Assembly: GCF_001194135.2 (NCBI RefSeq)
Contig: NC_068982.1
Coordinates: forward strand, 123,118,587 to 123,182,586
Length of the DNA stretch: 64,000 nt
Source of the DNA: Octopus bimaculoides
Taxonomy: Eukaryota
Direction of reading: 5' to 3'
This document shows positions 1 through 11,768 of this stretch, in pieces (positions within the stretch are counted from its first letter, which is position 1; each line of letters starts with the position of its first letter). The translations under genes were made by a program, and so were the position numbers. The notes beneath the pieces were generated by a model that worked only from the letters and a program-made list of their open reading frames with translations, did not search any database and had not been told where the DNA came from.

Positions 1-35
1 TATATTGTAAATGTATTAGCATTAGCCTATCTCAC

Positions 36-108
36 TCTTTCTTGGAGAACCCCAAGGAATCTTTTGTGGAACACTAGGGTTCCAGGGAACCCTGGTTGAG
101 AAATGCTG
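36..108 (-). mobile_element. hAT (Charlie/MER5-like) DNA transposon terminus
   Basis: Ends in ggaaccctggttgagaaatgctg (reverse complement cagcatttctcaaccagggttcc), resembling the CAGTGTTTCTCAAC-type hAT TIR, with a subterminal palindrome agggttcc-ag-ggaaccct. Confidence 0.55.
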
Positions 109-779
109 TATTAGACTATTGGCTTGTTATTTATATGCTGGCTTAATTTTGTATTGCATTTAATCCACATGCGATCTGATATTCATTTTGCTCTCTATTT
201 TAATTTCTGTTGGTGACAATTTTGGTATGGTGTTTAAAAAAAATGTTTCTCAACAATTTTAATGATTTAATATTTAAGCTAAAGTATTTGCTAATGAAAT
301 TCATTACTCCTCATTTTTTAAATGATAAAAATATGTGAAATAACTTCAGAGGCTGATGCTTCCAATTCCTTTATATATTATTTTTTGAAATAGATGATAG
401 TCTGTTATTTTATCTTTAGATATAAATTAATTTCAAAATAATTTATGCATAAGATGGCAGTATGTCAGAACCATAGCTAAGTTTTTTTTGTTTTTTTTAA
501 TCAGTTAATCAGTGAGAAAAAAGTGATCAAGCCCCTCTACAGGGGCTTAGAGACTGGTCGGAGAAAGAGAGGGAAGAAGGTATTCTTAAACCAGAGACCT
601 ACCCTGAAAGGATTCTGTTTAAGGCACTCAATGAACAGTTTGTGGTGTTCATCAAAGTGACAGATTAAGTCTGCTACCCAAGTAGGCCAATGAAATTTGA
701 ACTTAGCAAAGAACTGGAAGAAATAATTGCAAGGCATTCCCTCTGATATTTTATTTATTGACTATGAAAGGTAAAGTTG

Positions 780-1215
780 ACATCGGCAAGAAGCCAGAAT
801 GGATATTACAAGGCATTTCATCCAATGCTCTAAGGATTCTACCAAATTGCTGTTCAAGGAATATTTGATGAGGTTATTTGTTGATATTAGTGGAGTGCTT
901 TTTGCATAAGCTTCTCAATTTCTTGATGCTGCAACAGGTTTCTTGAAAAGTTGCTAAATTATTTTTCTCCCTTTCTATACTTTGAAAGCAATCTTAGGTA
1001 ATTATCTTAATCATCTATGTTATCACCGAAGTAAATCAAATATTGTGCCAGCTTAAATAAACTATAAAGATTGTCCATTAGTGCTTCAGAAAATGTCTGC
1101 ACACTCAGAATTTTTTAAGCATGGAATAGACTATTTGTATTGGTTGTTAGCTGTCAGGACATTGCATCCTTCAAAAATTCCATTCTTCCTGAAGTTCATG
1201 AACACTACTCCTGAT
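780..1215 (+). mobile_element. Decayed CR1/L2-type LINE, RT C-terminus and 3' end
   Basis: A broken frame reads AWNRLFVLVVSCQDIASFKNSILPEVHEHYS*, matching the WNxLP...VV...SFK CR1-like C-terminus. Upstream frames are stop-riddled but coding-like (TKLLFKEYLMR...). Confidence 0.45.
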
Positions 1216-1394
1216 GTGCCTATTCACCCTTTTCTCTTTACAGCTGTTTGTTTGCTCACTTTTCTGTGATTTTGTGTTTTATACCATGCATGTTTTTTGG
1301 GAATTCATTACTTTCTGAGTTTGACTTAGAGCTGCTTTCTATCCCCTCTTTTACTCATACTCTTAAGTGCATTAGGTTGTAACAACAGAAGCCA

Positions 1395-1600
1395 TTAACC
1401 TGGTTGCTTGGCCTGCTAAAAGTAGCAGCCAAATCCCCCTTAAATCACATTTTACTGTCTCAATAAAGGGACACATTGGATAATATAGTCTCGGGTACAT
1501 ACATAATAGCTGAGAAAATCAAGCTGTGAATGATCATGGTTGGTATACCTTTGATCATAGATCTCCATGATCAGGTATGACCTGGGGTTAAACAACAATT
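1395..1600 (+). repeat. Dispersed repeat family B (probable SINE); other copies at 27605-27730 (-), 55925-56050 (+), 58310-58510 (+) and 60670-60790 (-)
   Basis: Five copies in the window share the core ct(a/g)gaa(a/g)tagcagcca(a/t)atct...aaatcac...gacacattggataat...aaacaacaa. Confidence 0.6.
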
Positions 1601-1758
1601 GAAGCTTTTGCATGATTGGCTGTCCCAACAGAAACAGTAGCCAAATTTTACTTAAATCCCACTTTTCTATGTTAAATGAAAGAAATATTGCTTAATATAG
1701 TCTTAGATATGCTATTTGGAGATAGAATGAATGGCCATGTTTGATTATAGGTCTACTT

Positions 1759-2200
1759 CAAGGGTCACCAAACTATGGTGTGTGACTTCAGTTCATCTGG
1801 CCCATCACTGCACTATACCTTTTGTGTAAGTACCTGCAATGAGAGTTCATTTGCATCTGGTATGGCATCAGTGTTTGGAACAACTTACGTCTGTGAGTAA
1901 ACATTTTCAAAACTGAAGTATGTGAAATCAGCACATCGAATGCAGTTGATTGATGAACATTTGAAAGCGATTATCCTGGTTGGATGCAGCTATTCTAAAG
2001 CAAATATTAATGATATCTTAAAAGCTAAAACACCAGTTTCACAAATCTCACTAACCTTTTTTTGTTGCTTAGTTGAGAGATATGCTAATGTTGCCTTCTT
2101 TGATAACTTTTTGGTAAATAAATATGGTTAGCTTTATTTTTTTTGCATTCACTGTATTGTATTGAGCAAGATGGTCATGCGGCCTGTGCTCGTCATTCTT
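1759..2200 (+). mobile_element. Internally deleted hAT (SPIN/GTF2IRD2-like) transposon with a transposase C-terminal dimerization fragment
   Basis: A left-TIR-like caagggtcaccaaactatgg is followed directly by FASGMASVFGTTYVCE*TFSKLKYVKSAHRMQLIDEHLKAIILVG...ILKAK/HQFHKSH* (hATC motif S.FGxTYxCEQxFSxMK...). It carries one stop and one frameshift. Confidence 0.8.
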
Positions 2201-2264
2201 TCAGTGATCTTAGATGATATTTGAAATGGGGATGAATGCAAATGATGAAAATAACTACATAATG

Positions 2265-2270
<6 letters not shown>

Positions 2271-2301
<31 letters not shown>
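2271..2301. repeat. (TA)n microsatellite
   Basis: Directly visible. Confidence 0.95.
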
Positions 2302-2309
<8 letters not shown>

Positions 2310-3174
2310 ATTTCTATGTTATCAGCTTCACCCATCTGGTACTCGGTTGGTCTTATAATCTTTCAATTCTTGTGTTATTTTCCATTTGTTAGATGAAATA
2401 GTTTCTTATGTGTGAGTGAAGTTACCATGGTGGGAGGAGAAACTGGAAATTACTGTTCATGTTTTCTTAATAGTATTAGTTTAGTAAATGAAATTATTCC
2501 AACTGAATATTGAATCTGACCTGTTGATTCAATTTGCTGATAAGCTGATTCTTAGCATGCAACTGTTTATAGCTATTAAAGAAAAATAAATTGAATGAAA
2601 TATTTTTATACAAATATGTTCAATAGCCATTCTTTTTTTTTCTCCATCTCTCTCAAAATATTATTTATATTTATATGGGATTTATAATATTTTTATCTTT
2701 CACAAAGACTTTGATAGTTTCACTATTTAATAAACCTGAATGGCTTTACTTACACTATTTACTCATCCTTAAAGTTAGTTAACTAATGTAACTCCCAGCC
2801 TGTTATAATATAGTGTTGTAGTTTAGCTGCTCAGCTACTCTAGTTTACTAATATATTTTAACACATTGAATGTTTTTATCTAGTCATTTACTGGCACACA
2901 AAAATAACACTTTATATGACTAATGCCATTTCTTGTTTTTCTCTCTATATTGGGGGAGTATATTTTGATGTTGAATAGTAAATGATTATGTAAAACCTAA
3001 TGTTGTGTCACAAAGGAAATGTCTAAAGAAAGAAAAAAGTGTGTCACCCACTTCAGTCATTCATCTGAGTAAGCATTGTACCAGTGAATCTGTTGAGTCT
3101 ACTTCTAACTTCTTAAATAGAGAAGTTTATCTGAAAGAACTATAAAATGGTAGGAGTTGATGACTAGGTTTTAT

Positions 3175-3609
3175 ATCATCATCATAGCATCCACTTATGC
3201 TGGCATGGGTCAGACAGATTTTGTTGAGGCAGATTTTCTATTGTTAGATGCTCTCTTTGTTGTTAACCCATACCTGTTTCCAAACAAAGTGGTATCTCTC
3301 TATGGAAAGGCATGTTTTTCACAACAGATTGGAAATGAAACAACACCACTTTTATGATGCAATGCATGTCTGCAGCCATCACATGTCAAGACAGGCTGAT
3401 ACAAACATACATACGCACGTGCACACACACGCACGCACGCACGCACGCACGCACNNNNNNNNNNNNNNNNNNNNNNNNNNNNNNNNNNNNNNNNNNNNNN
3501 NNNNNNNNNNNNNNNNNNNNNNNNNNNNNNNNNNNNNNNNNNNNNNNNNNNNNNNNNNNNNNNNNNNNNNNNNNNNNNNNNNNNNNNNNNNNNNNNNNNN
3601 NNNNNNNNN

Positions 3610-3641
<32 letters not shown>

Positions 3642-3786
3642 GGTTTCCTTCAGTTTCCATTTCCAAAATCCACTCTTGATGCTTTGGTCAGCCTGGGCTA
3701 TAGTAGAAAACACAGTGCCATGAAGTAGAGCTGGACCCAAAACCATGTAGTTGGAAGTAAATTTTTTAACTATACAGCTACGCCTA
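3175..3786 (-). mobile_element. tRNA-derived octopus-type SINE with RTE-like tail and an internal (GCAC)n/gap/(CA)n spacer
   Basis: The reverse complement of the head/core (…ctatagcccaggctgaccaaagcatcaagagtggattttggaaatggaaactgaaggaaacc) is at 3640-3786. The tail (…ctgacccatgccagcataagtggatgctatgatgatgat) is at 3175-3260. Confidence 0.75.
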
Positions 3787-6463
3787 TATTGCATCATGGC
3801 TGTAATTCTCTGTTCTTTTAATGTGTATATAGTTATTTAGATCTTTCTATAACTTATGTTGAGCATAACAGCTATGCTAGATCTTTTTTTTTAGCATTTT
3901 TAGTCTTCATGTGATATCTTGTAATCAGAGCTAGAATTGCTAAACATTTATATTGAGACAAGTATGGAAATATTAGGCTCTGGATACCATATTAATATTT
4001 CTGAGATATTCTTAAAATTTATTGAAAGACATTTTGAATGACCTCTAATTCTTACTTATAATTACGTACTTTTAAATATACCATAAATTAAAATCATTAC
4101 AATCACATGCTGAATGTAGCAGATGATATTTCTGATACTTTGTCTGTTGCTCCTTCTTAATGAATCACATTTAGCTTGCAACTTTTATAGGTTCTCTAGT
4201 TTCAAATTCACAAAAAGTAAACATTGTCTTTTTTTCTTCTTGAATTCCTTTTGAAGGAGGAAAATTAGTGTGCATAGCTAAATTGTTTTCTAAGCAACCA
4301 TTAAGTATGTCAGTATCAGTGATTAGTGAATTGTTTCAAGTTATTTGGATGTTCATTAGTGACTTTTGTTATGAGCTTTTGCTGAGCCATTATTAACCTG
4401 ATGTAAATTGACTGACTCACTGAAAAATTCAATTTCGTTTTATAGAACGATTTGCATTCAGTATACCAAGGCATTTAATTATTGAATTCTTATAAGGGTA
4501 ATTTTGTTTTTATTAAGAATAAAAATCAAAAGGACATAAAATTACATGGAATATTCTTTTAATTTTGCTGTTTTTTTTTTCTTCCTTTTTCATTTTTTGT
4601 TTTTATGCACAGAGTAAGAACACAAAAACACTTTCCTTTGAAAGTTGTTGTCATTAAGTAACTGGTAAACAATTAGAGTTCAGTAGCAGACACAATGTGT
4701 TCAGTCTTAGGATAGTGGAATTAAATTAGAATTCTTGTCATCTTCAATTTGTGTATTGTTGTTTTGAAGTCTTCGTTTGGTGTGGAGTTATCTAAGTATC
4801 AACAGGATGCTTTGATAATTAGTGTATTCCATGGTATTTGGGCTAGGTATTGTTTATTATTTGGGCTTTCTGATATAAATGAAGCTGTATGAAGCTTGTT
4901 CAAGATATGCATACTGAGTAGTAGTGGATTATGGGCGAGTAAAGAAAATTCGAAGCAATGAGAGGGAAATGAACTGATTGTAGAACATAAGTGAAAACAT
5001 AGGTGTATAGCATAAAGTGAATGTATGCTAAGAAAATTTCTTGACTTGATGTGCATAGCTGGGGTGATTGGTCTATGAATATGTTATAAAAATCAAAGAT
5101 TGGGAGTTGATGGTAGTGGTAAGTCAAGGAACTAGAATGCAGTGGTAAAAACGTTTAGTCTTATGATAAAATTGCATAATCTCAAGGCAAAGAAGAAAAA
5201 AAAATACTCATAAGAAAAAAGCAATATTTTTCTATTTGCTTAAAAGTGATGTTTCTTTTAAATTCGTATCTTTAAGCTGGCATGAGATACATTAGAATGA
5301 TTAGAAAGAAACTTGACTAATTAAAACATTGTCTTAGGTGACTAGATGTTTGGAAGAACAAAATCAGCTAGAAACCAAAACTATTGCCACCACCAGCATA
5401 ACATTGAGAAATTTACATTTTAAATGAATATAACTGTTAATACTAAAATGACATCATGATTTTTTTTTAGTCATTTCCTTAACCTATAGAAATTGATAAA
5501 GGAAGTGTCATATAATGAACTTTGAAATTGTTCTTTTTCAATTTGAAATTGATATTCAATTATTGACATGAATCGTAGAGTATATTCAAGATATGATGTG
5601 TTTTGATTTATCAGTGATTTAAGTCACACATTGAGAGTAGAAACCACATGGAAAGTTCTCACTTATGTTTGAATTAATATTCTTTAAGAAGTTAATGAGT
5701 GTCTTGAAGTATTTCTTTCTTTTTTGTTAGTTATTCTGGGTGGAAATTGTGACTTCCTAATCAATTTGACCACTTAACATTTTGTCAGTGGTGCTTGTTT
5801 TGTCAACTAAGTCTTCTGGTTTTTGAAGTAGGCAATTCAAAAGTCATGACTGGGTTTCCTGCTTACTACTAAGTTCACTGACAGTCAGGTAGCCTGTCAG
5901 ATCAAGATAATGGTTTTGTCAGTGGAACGGATGAAGTAATGCAATTTCAAACAGACTTCACTAGTGTATATACACACCTCTCAAAGTGATTGAGAGAAAA
6001 AGTTAGCTTTTACTTTTAGGAGACTGATTGTCATAGTAGTGTGCTGTTTACTTCAACCAACATTAATAAAATTTCATATTAAAGAAGCATCAGTTATAAA
6101 AACCTTCCACAATAGAACTGTTGTTTGTGTTTGACATAGGTCAGTTATAGAATACTTACATTTATGGTTTTACTGTTTTTAATGGTTCTTGTATTTGGTG
6201 AAGCATAAATGGGGAAAAAAAAATGTTTACCTTCTACTTCAATAGCAAGTGATGTGTGCGTGTATATTTTCTGTATTTTGATCATGAGAGGGATAAAAGA
6301 GTCAGGATTAAGGTTATACATTAGAAAGATATTAAGATTCAGGTGGATATGTAGCAAACTTTCAATTGTTGTTGATGTTTTTGTTATTGTTTTCATTATT
6401 ATTTCTAACTTTGGTTTTAAAGCTACAGTGAAGGATTTCAGAACCAAATCCTTCTGGGAGATT

Positions 6464-6524
6464 CTATTTACAAATAACTCGCCTTTCATTGTGTAGCTGA
6501 AGAATTGCTAGAGAAATTTGAAAC
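6464..6524 (-). CDS. Candidate exon of the unidentified minus-strand gene (possible terminal exon FQISLAILQLHNERRVICK*)
   Basis: Acceptor taacactttcag|G with only phase 2 open. It could end at a GC donor (AAG|gcgagt, 6483) or at the TAG at 6464-6466; see findings. Confidence 0.3.
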
Positions 6525-7369
6525 CTGAAAGTGTTAATAATAATTAGGTAGAAACTATGTACTTGTATGACAGTGTGAGTAATTGTTACTCTAGAGATGC
6601 ATTGGTGTATAAGTTAGGTTGTTATGAGGTAGTTATGCAACTTGTGGTCAGCACGAATGGAAGTGATATTTGAGAACAGAATTGTAAATAGTTTGTTAGA
6701 GGTTTTAGATATGTATTTCTTTCTTAAAAGATCTAATTAGTACGGGAGATGGAGGTATTGGTATCATAATGACTGGAATACTAAACCTACAATTTGAATG
6801 CTAAATGTTAACTTTTTGGTATGCTTAATGAGATTATATGACTTGAATTCATGAACTGTTCTTTGGTTAATTTTGTGTTCAAAATTTCATACTTGAATCA
6901 TTGAAATAAGTGACATAATTACAACCATAAATGCAATCAAGAGAAATGAGATTTTAATCTCTCATAAATACACTGAAATAAAATTATTTATGTTAAAGAT
7001 CTTTGAACTTGTGAAACTACTTTTGTATTTAATTTCTCAAAATGTCTGTTCAAATTCTGAAACCTTGTATCAGTATTAGAAATATAAATTTTGCTCCTAA
7101 CAATCAAAAAGTTACATAATAACATAAGATTTAGTTACTGTGTTTGAGATTTCTAGTTTAATGAAATTTTAGGTCAGTATCTAAGGCAAGTGATTGTGTT
7201 ATAGGTTTGTCAGTGCATTAAGAGTGATAATGGGTATCAGAATCTGTGAAAAGTCGAAGCATTTTGAAAATTCATTTAATTTTATTATTTAAATATGATA
7301 TAAGTAACTGTATACACTAGAAATAAATTTCTAGATTTTTCCTTTACTTATTTACTAAAGTTTTCTCCA

Positions 7370-7860
7370 TTTAGTATTTGTGCATGCATGCAAAATTTCA
7401 GTATTCAGACATGGACTTGTATGATGCAGAATTGCAAACAATTTTTAGTAGCTCCAGTCACTCAGTTTGTTTGATTAGATCTCTCTCTCTCCCCTCTTTC
7501 TCCTCTCCCCTCTTTCTCCTCTCCCCTCTTTCTCCTCTCCCCTCTTTCTCCTCTCCCCNNNNNNNNNNNNNNNNNNNNNNNNNNNNNNNNNNNNNNNNNN
7601 NNNNNNNNNNNNNNNNNNNNNNNNNNNNNNNNNNNNNNNNNNNNNNNNNNNNNNNNNNNNNNNNNNNNNNNNNNNNNNNNNNNNNNNNNNNNNNNNNNNN
7701 NNNNNNNNNNNNNNNNNNNNNNNNNNNNNNNNNNNNNNNNNNNNNNNNNNNNNNNNNNNNNNCTGTCTCTCCCCCCCGTCACCCACTGTCTCCCCTCTCT
7801 CCCTCTCACACTTGCAAAGCTCTATCTTTTGATATGACATAATTTCACCTTAAGTTTGGT
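7370..7860. mobile_element. Probable non-autonomous DNA element containing a 16-bp CT-rich minisatellite (cccctctttctcctct)n and an assembly gap
   Basis: MITE-typical motifs (gcatgcaaaatttcag; tcatatcaaaagatagagct on the minus strand) flank a period-16 array at 7491-7558. The superfamily is not determined. Confidence 0.35.
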
Positions 7861-7950
7861 CTACAATTGAACTGGCATGTAACAAAAGCACCTTGGTCCT
7901 GTTCTATCCAGTTGGAAGGGTCATTTTGTGGCCTCTGTTCATATCTTATA
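7849..7950 (-). CDS. Candidate coding exon, phase 2-2: IRYEQRPQNDPSNWIEQDQGAFVTCQFNCRPNL
   Basis: Acceptor gacttttccatcag|T and donor AAG|gtgaaa enclose 102 nt with only one phase open. The donor abuts the TE edge. Confidence 0.35.
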
Positions 7951-9304
7951 CTGATGGAAAAGTCACTATTACTATAAATAATTCTATCCTTATTGATTTA
8001 TATATTACTGGACTAGAAAATAACTATCAGCTTCATGCATTTTTTTTTATATTAAAACCAATATCCATTGCAACTGTTCAATAATGATTACTTTTCACTC
8101 AACATAGTCTGTTTTATAAAATATTGAACTGGCTTCAATATTCTACTTTATCAACTTCTGGAGGAAGAATAGCAAAGTTGGTCCTGAGATTGATATTCAG
8201 GCTTGTGAGCTACTAAAATAAATACTGTGAAGCATGTAGGACTGGTTTTAGTACTTGGAGTACTCAATAGATGGTGGGTTCAACAGAAAGTAGGATAAAC
8301 ATCTTGTGGATTTTAGTTACGTTTCCTTGTGTTCTGAATTTACTTTTCTTTTATCTGTTTGGAGTTGATAAAAACAAGTGCTAAATTTGTGACCTTGTGT
8401 CAGTGGAGCAAAGAAAAAAAAAAAATTCTGTAGCAATACAAATATACAGAACTATGTTTGTTTTAAAGATTAGTGCTCCTGTTAGATACCATAATATTTC
8501 AGCATTTGAAAAGAGATCTAAAAGTGTTTGTTCTTAAAGAAGACTAGAACTGAGAATGTTAAAATACAAAAAAAGAAAATAAAATAATAATTTTAGTACC
8601 TACTATATATTGCTAACATTTCTAACCCTAGAATAAATAAATTTACTAATTCAAGCTTTATATATGTCCTCTTTCTCACTTTATATATCATGTTTGTTTT
8701 TATTTTCAGGTAAGATTATTCTCACATTTTCGAATGAATCACAAACTGCAAGTAAAACTTTTATGATTGAATATTTAGTTACTTAGCTATAAAAAAAAAA
8801 AAAAAAAAATTCAGATATCTTTTTCTCTCCTTCCTTTCTAACAAAAAAAATCTGAAGTGAAATGTAAGATGGAAGTTGAATATGAATGGAAAACAAGACT
8901 AAATAGTTTTAAAAAGTCACATGTACAGTATATACATACATAAAAAAGGAAATGTATTTTAATGTATTATTTAAAAAAATTTTTTAAAGTGACTTTTCAT
9001 GAAACAAATGAACTCAAGATAGAATTTAGAATTTTTAATCAGTTGATGATGGTATCTTTTTGTTGTAGGTGTAAAATACAATTATTACATAGAAGAGGTT
9101 CTTACTAGATTTCAAGAACTTAGAGGAAAAAGGATATACTTTAATTACTAAGGAAAAAAATGTAATATTTTCATTTATCAAGATTGATACTATCACTTTG
9201 ATTCAATGTTAAATTTGGTTCAGTACTAGAAGACCTCCACAAAATGTACAGACAGCCTCTTTCGCGAATGATATCACCATCTTGTTCTAACACTATTCTC
9301 CAAA

Positions 9305-10350
9305 CACTGCTGTACAATTTATGATTATCATCTTTTCATGTCTGCTTTCCATGCTGGCATGTATTGGATGGTCTGAGAGGATCTGACAAGCAACAGGATT
9401 GCATCAAGCTCCAGTGTCAGCCTTGATATGGTTTCTGTGGTTGGATACCTTTCCTAATGCCAACCACTTCAGTGCATACTAGATGTTTCTTATGCCACTG
9501 GCACTAATGAAGTCACCAAGTAACTTGTAAGACAAGAAGGGAAAAGCCTTTTGACTGAATGTGAGTGTAGTTGAGAGAGGGAGTTAGGTATATGCCAATT
9601 GTCGAGAAGCTGAAGTATGACAGAGGAACAAGCACAGGTATCTTGCTATAGAAGAAATACATGGCTAACCTGCATTATATAAGTTGGTGGGGGTGGCTGG
9701 AAAGATGAAGATGGTGGTGACTAGGTTCATGAGCAAACTTTCAAGGTGAGTATAAGAGAGTATATGCACTGTGGAGGGTTAAATGCAAGCGGAGAGTAAC
9801 TGATGATTAGAGATAGTAATAGACGTGAATGTAGTGAGTGAGTGAGTGAACAAGGATGGAGGTGTGGTTGGTGATGAATATTAGTATGCAGGTGGGGGAA
9901 GGTGAAAGAGACAGAGGTGGTTCAGGAAGGAAGAAGTGACACATGGCAGTACAGGAAAGGAGGAGAGCAGCTGCAGATTGATCAGAAGGTAAGATGATGT
10001 GCAAGGTGTGAAGTGAAATTGGAGATGGATAAGAGATACATAGTGACAAAGATGAAGGTCTGAGGTGTATAAAGGTGGCTATAGTGAGTTAAGTGACAAT
10101 CATGGAATGGGGCATTGATGGCAGATACAAGAGGGTGTTGAGAATGAAGAAGATATGAGAGGTATTGAAGATGAGGTATGGCAGACCTACATTTTAGGTC
10201 TCACATTTCTCTGAGGAAAGAAAGAGGTAACCGAAGGTTCAGAAAGGAGAACAATTAGTGGAAAGTAGTGTAGGAAGGGATGAAAATGGGGATAGATTTA
10301 AATAAGTGGGAGAAGGTGGTAATTAGTAGTGCAAAAGGGGGATTGCAATA
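9305..10350 (-). mobile_element. Long decayed retroelement with RTE-like SINE tail (same family as 43460-44340)
   Basis: The tail tgattatcatc...ccatgctggcatg...ggatacctttcctaatgccaacc and the following purine-rich block align by eye with 43460-43860. Confidence 0.55.
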
Positions 10351-11373
10351 GCTGAGTAGTATCATATTATACACACATAAAACAAAAATACTAAAATTTA
10401 CATGAAATTTTTGCATAATTTTCACAACATACACTTAGAAAGAAAACACAGTAAAGAAAAGTAAAACAATGCACAAACATACTTAGTAATCACAGGTACC
10501 ACAATAGGCTCACAGAAAGAAACGAGTGGTGTATAGATGAAAAAAAAGAAAGAAAAACAGGTCCATCATAAACTATGCTACAACAAACTACAAAGAATTT
10601 AAATCGGCACAAAATGCATCATAACAGGTTGTATGCAGACTACACCTACTGATCAGCTGTGAAATAAAATGTAATAAATAGGAAAGGCCATCTGGACATG
10701 TGAGGGGAACAGTTTGTTGTTGGCCAAGCTTCAACTGTCACGGTCCCTCTCACTACATGAAAAACAACTAACAGAACACTGCTGCAACAACATGCAAAAA
10801 CAGCATCTTTACAATCAGCCCAGATGAGCATAAGGGTCTTATACAGAAATAATTGCAACATCTATTGCCTCACTGTCCACAAACACTGTTGGAATGCACA
10901 CTATCAGCAATAAGTTCAGAGGAGTAGTAACTGTTACACTTTCTTGTCTCTGTTGGGGCTATCACTAGAAGTTATGAGAGAACAGAAATAGACTAGATAG
11001 TAGAGAGTGTGCAATATGTGCATGCTCACAATGTCCTGAATATAAATTTCTTAACCACATGTAAATGTAAATAATGTACATAATTCCTCATCTCTTAAAT
11101 ATAGAACTGTAAGTAAAAGTTATTGAATGAAGTATATATGTAGTTAAGATCTTCGTAATGGGTGATAAAAGATTTGTCCAAATGTTTATCATCCAATAGC
11201 AAATGATGGCAACCATTTCTAGCTATTAATGGGCTTCTTGGCTTTCACATTTGCAATACTTACCTCTTAATTTATGAGAAACTTATTGTGTTCATATGCA
11301 AAACACATATCAATAACTGATCCATACATCATGCATATTATCAGTTAGATATTTAAACAAGATCACTGATCAA

Positions 11374-11768
11374 GGCACAGGTATGGATGTGTGGTTAAGA
11401 AATTCGTTTTCCAACTATATGGAGTCAGTTGCACTGCATGACATCTTGGTTAAGTAGCTTCTACTATAGCCCCAGATTGACCAAAACCTTGGGGATAGAT
11501 TTTGTAGATGGAAACCAAAAGAAGTCTGTTGTATGCATATATATGTATGTGTGTATTTGTGTCTCCTTGTCTTGACATTGCAGGATAGCTGTAAAGAGTG
11601 TCACTGTCATATAAGCAGTGTCATTTATTTTCAGTAGTCTGTGAAAACCTGTCTGACCATGAGGTAGTATTACCTTGCTTGAAAAGTGTGAGGGTTGCTG
11701 ACATGAAGGGCATCTAACCATAGAAAGTTTGCCCAATAAACTTTGTCTGACCCATGATAATAATGATT
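11374..11768 (+). mobile_element. tRNA-derived SINE, head+core+RTE-like tail
   Basis: ggcacaggtatggatgtgtggttaag...ctactatagccccag...gatggaaaccaaaagaagtc...gaagggcatctaaccatagaaa...ctgacccatgataataatgat. Confidence 0.75.

Noticed and set aside
505-957. Relic coding-like stretch (GLRDWSEKEREEGILKPETYPERILFKAL...) or a plus-strand exon at 505-579
   Set aside because: It has multiple stops and a frameshift and runs into a CR1-like 3' end near 1100-1210. A decayed LINE is the simplest explanation, and I recognise no gene.
3248-3797. Long ORFs in the track spanning N-gaps and microsatellites (also 7378-7842, 34754-35589, 60961-61563)
   Set aside because: They are open only because of Ns and stop-free simple repeats, giving HT/CV/YI-type translations.
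6483-6524. TBC (Rab-GAP) domain assignment from FQISLAILQLHNE and LLSKCKDGDEPL (about 26300)
   Set aside because: The resemblance is only a few residues, and the two pieces are in the wrong order on the minus strand.
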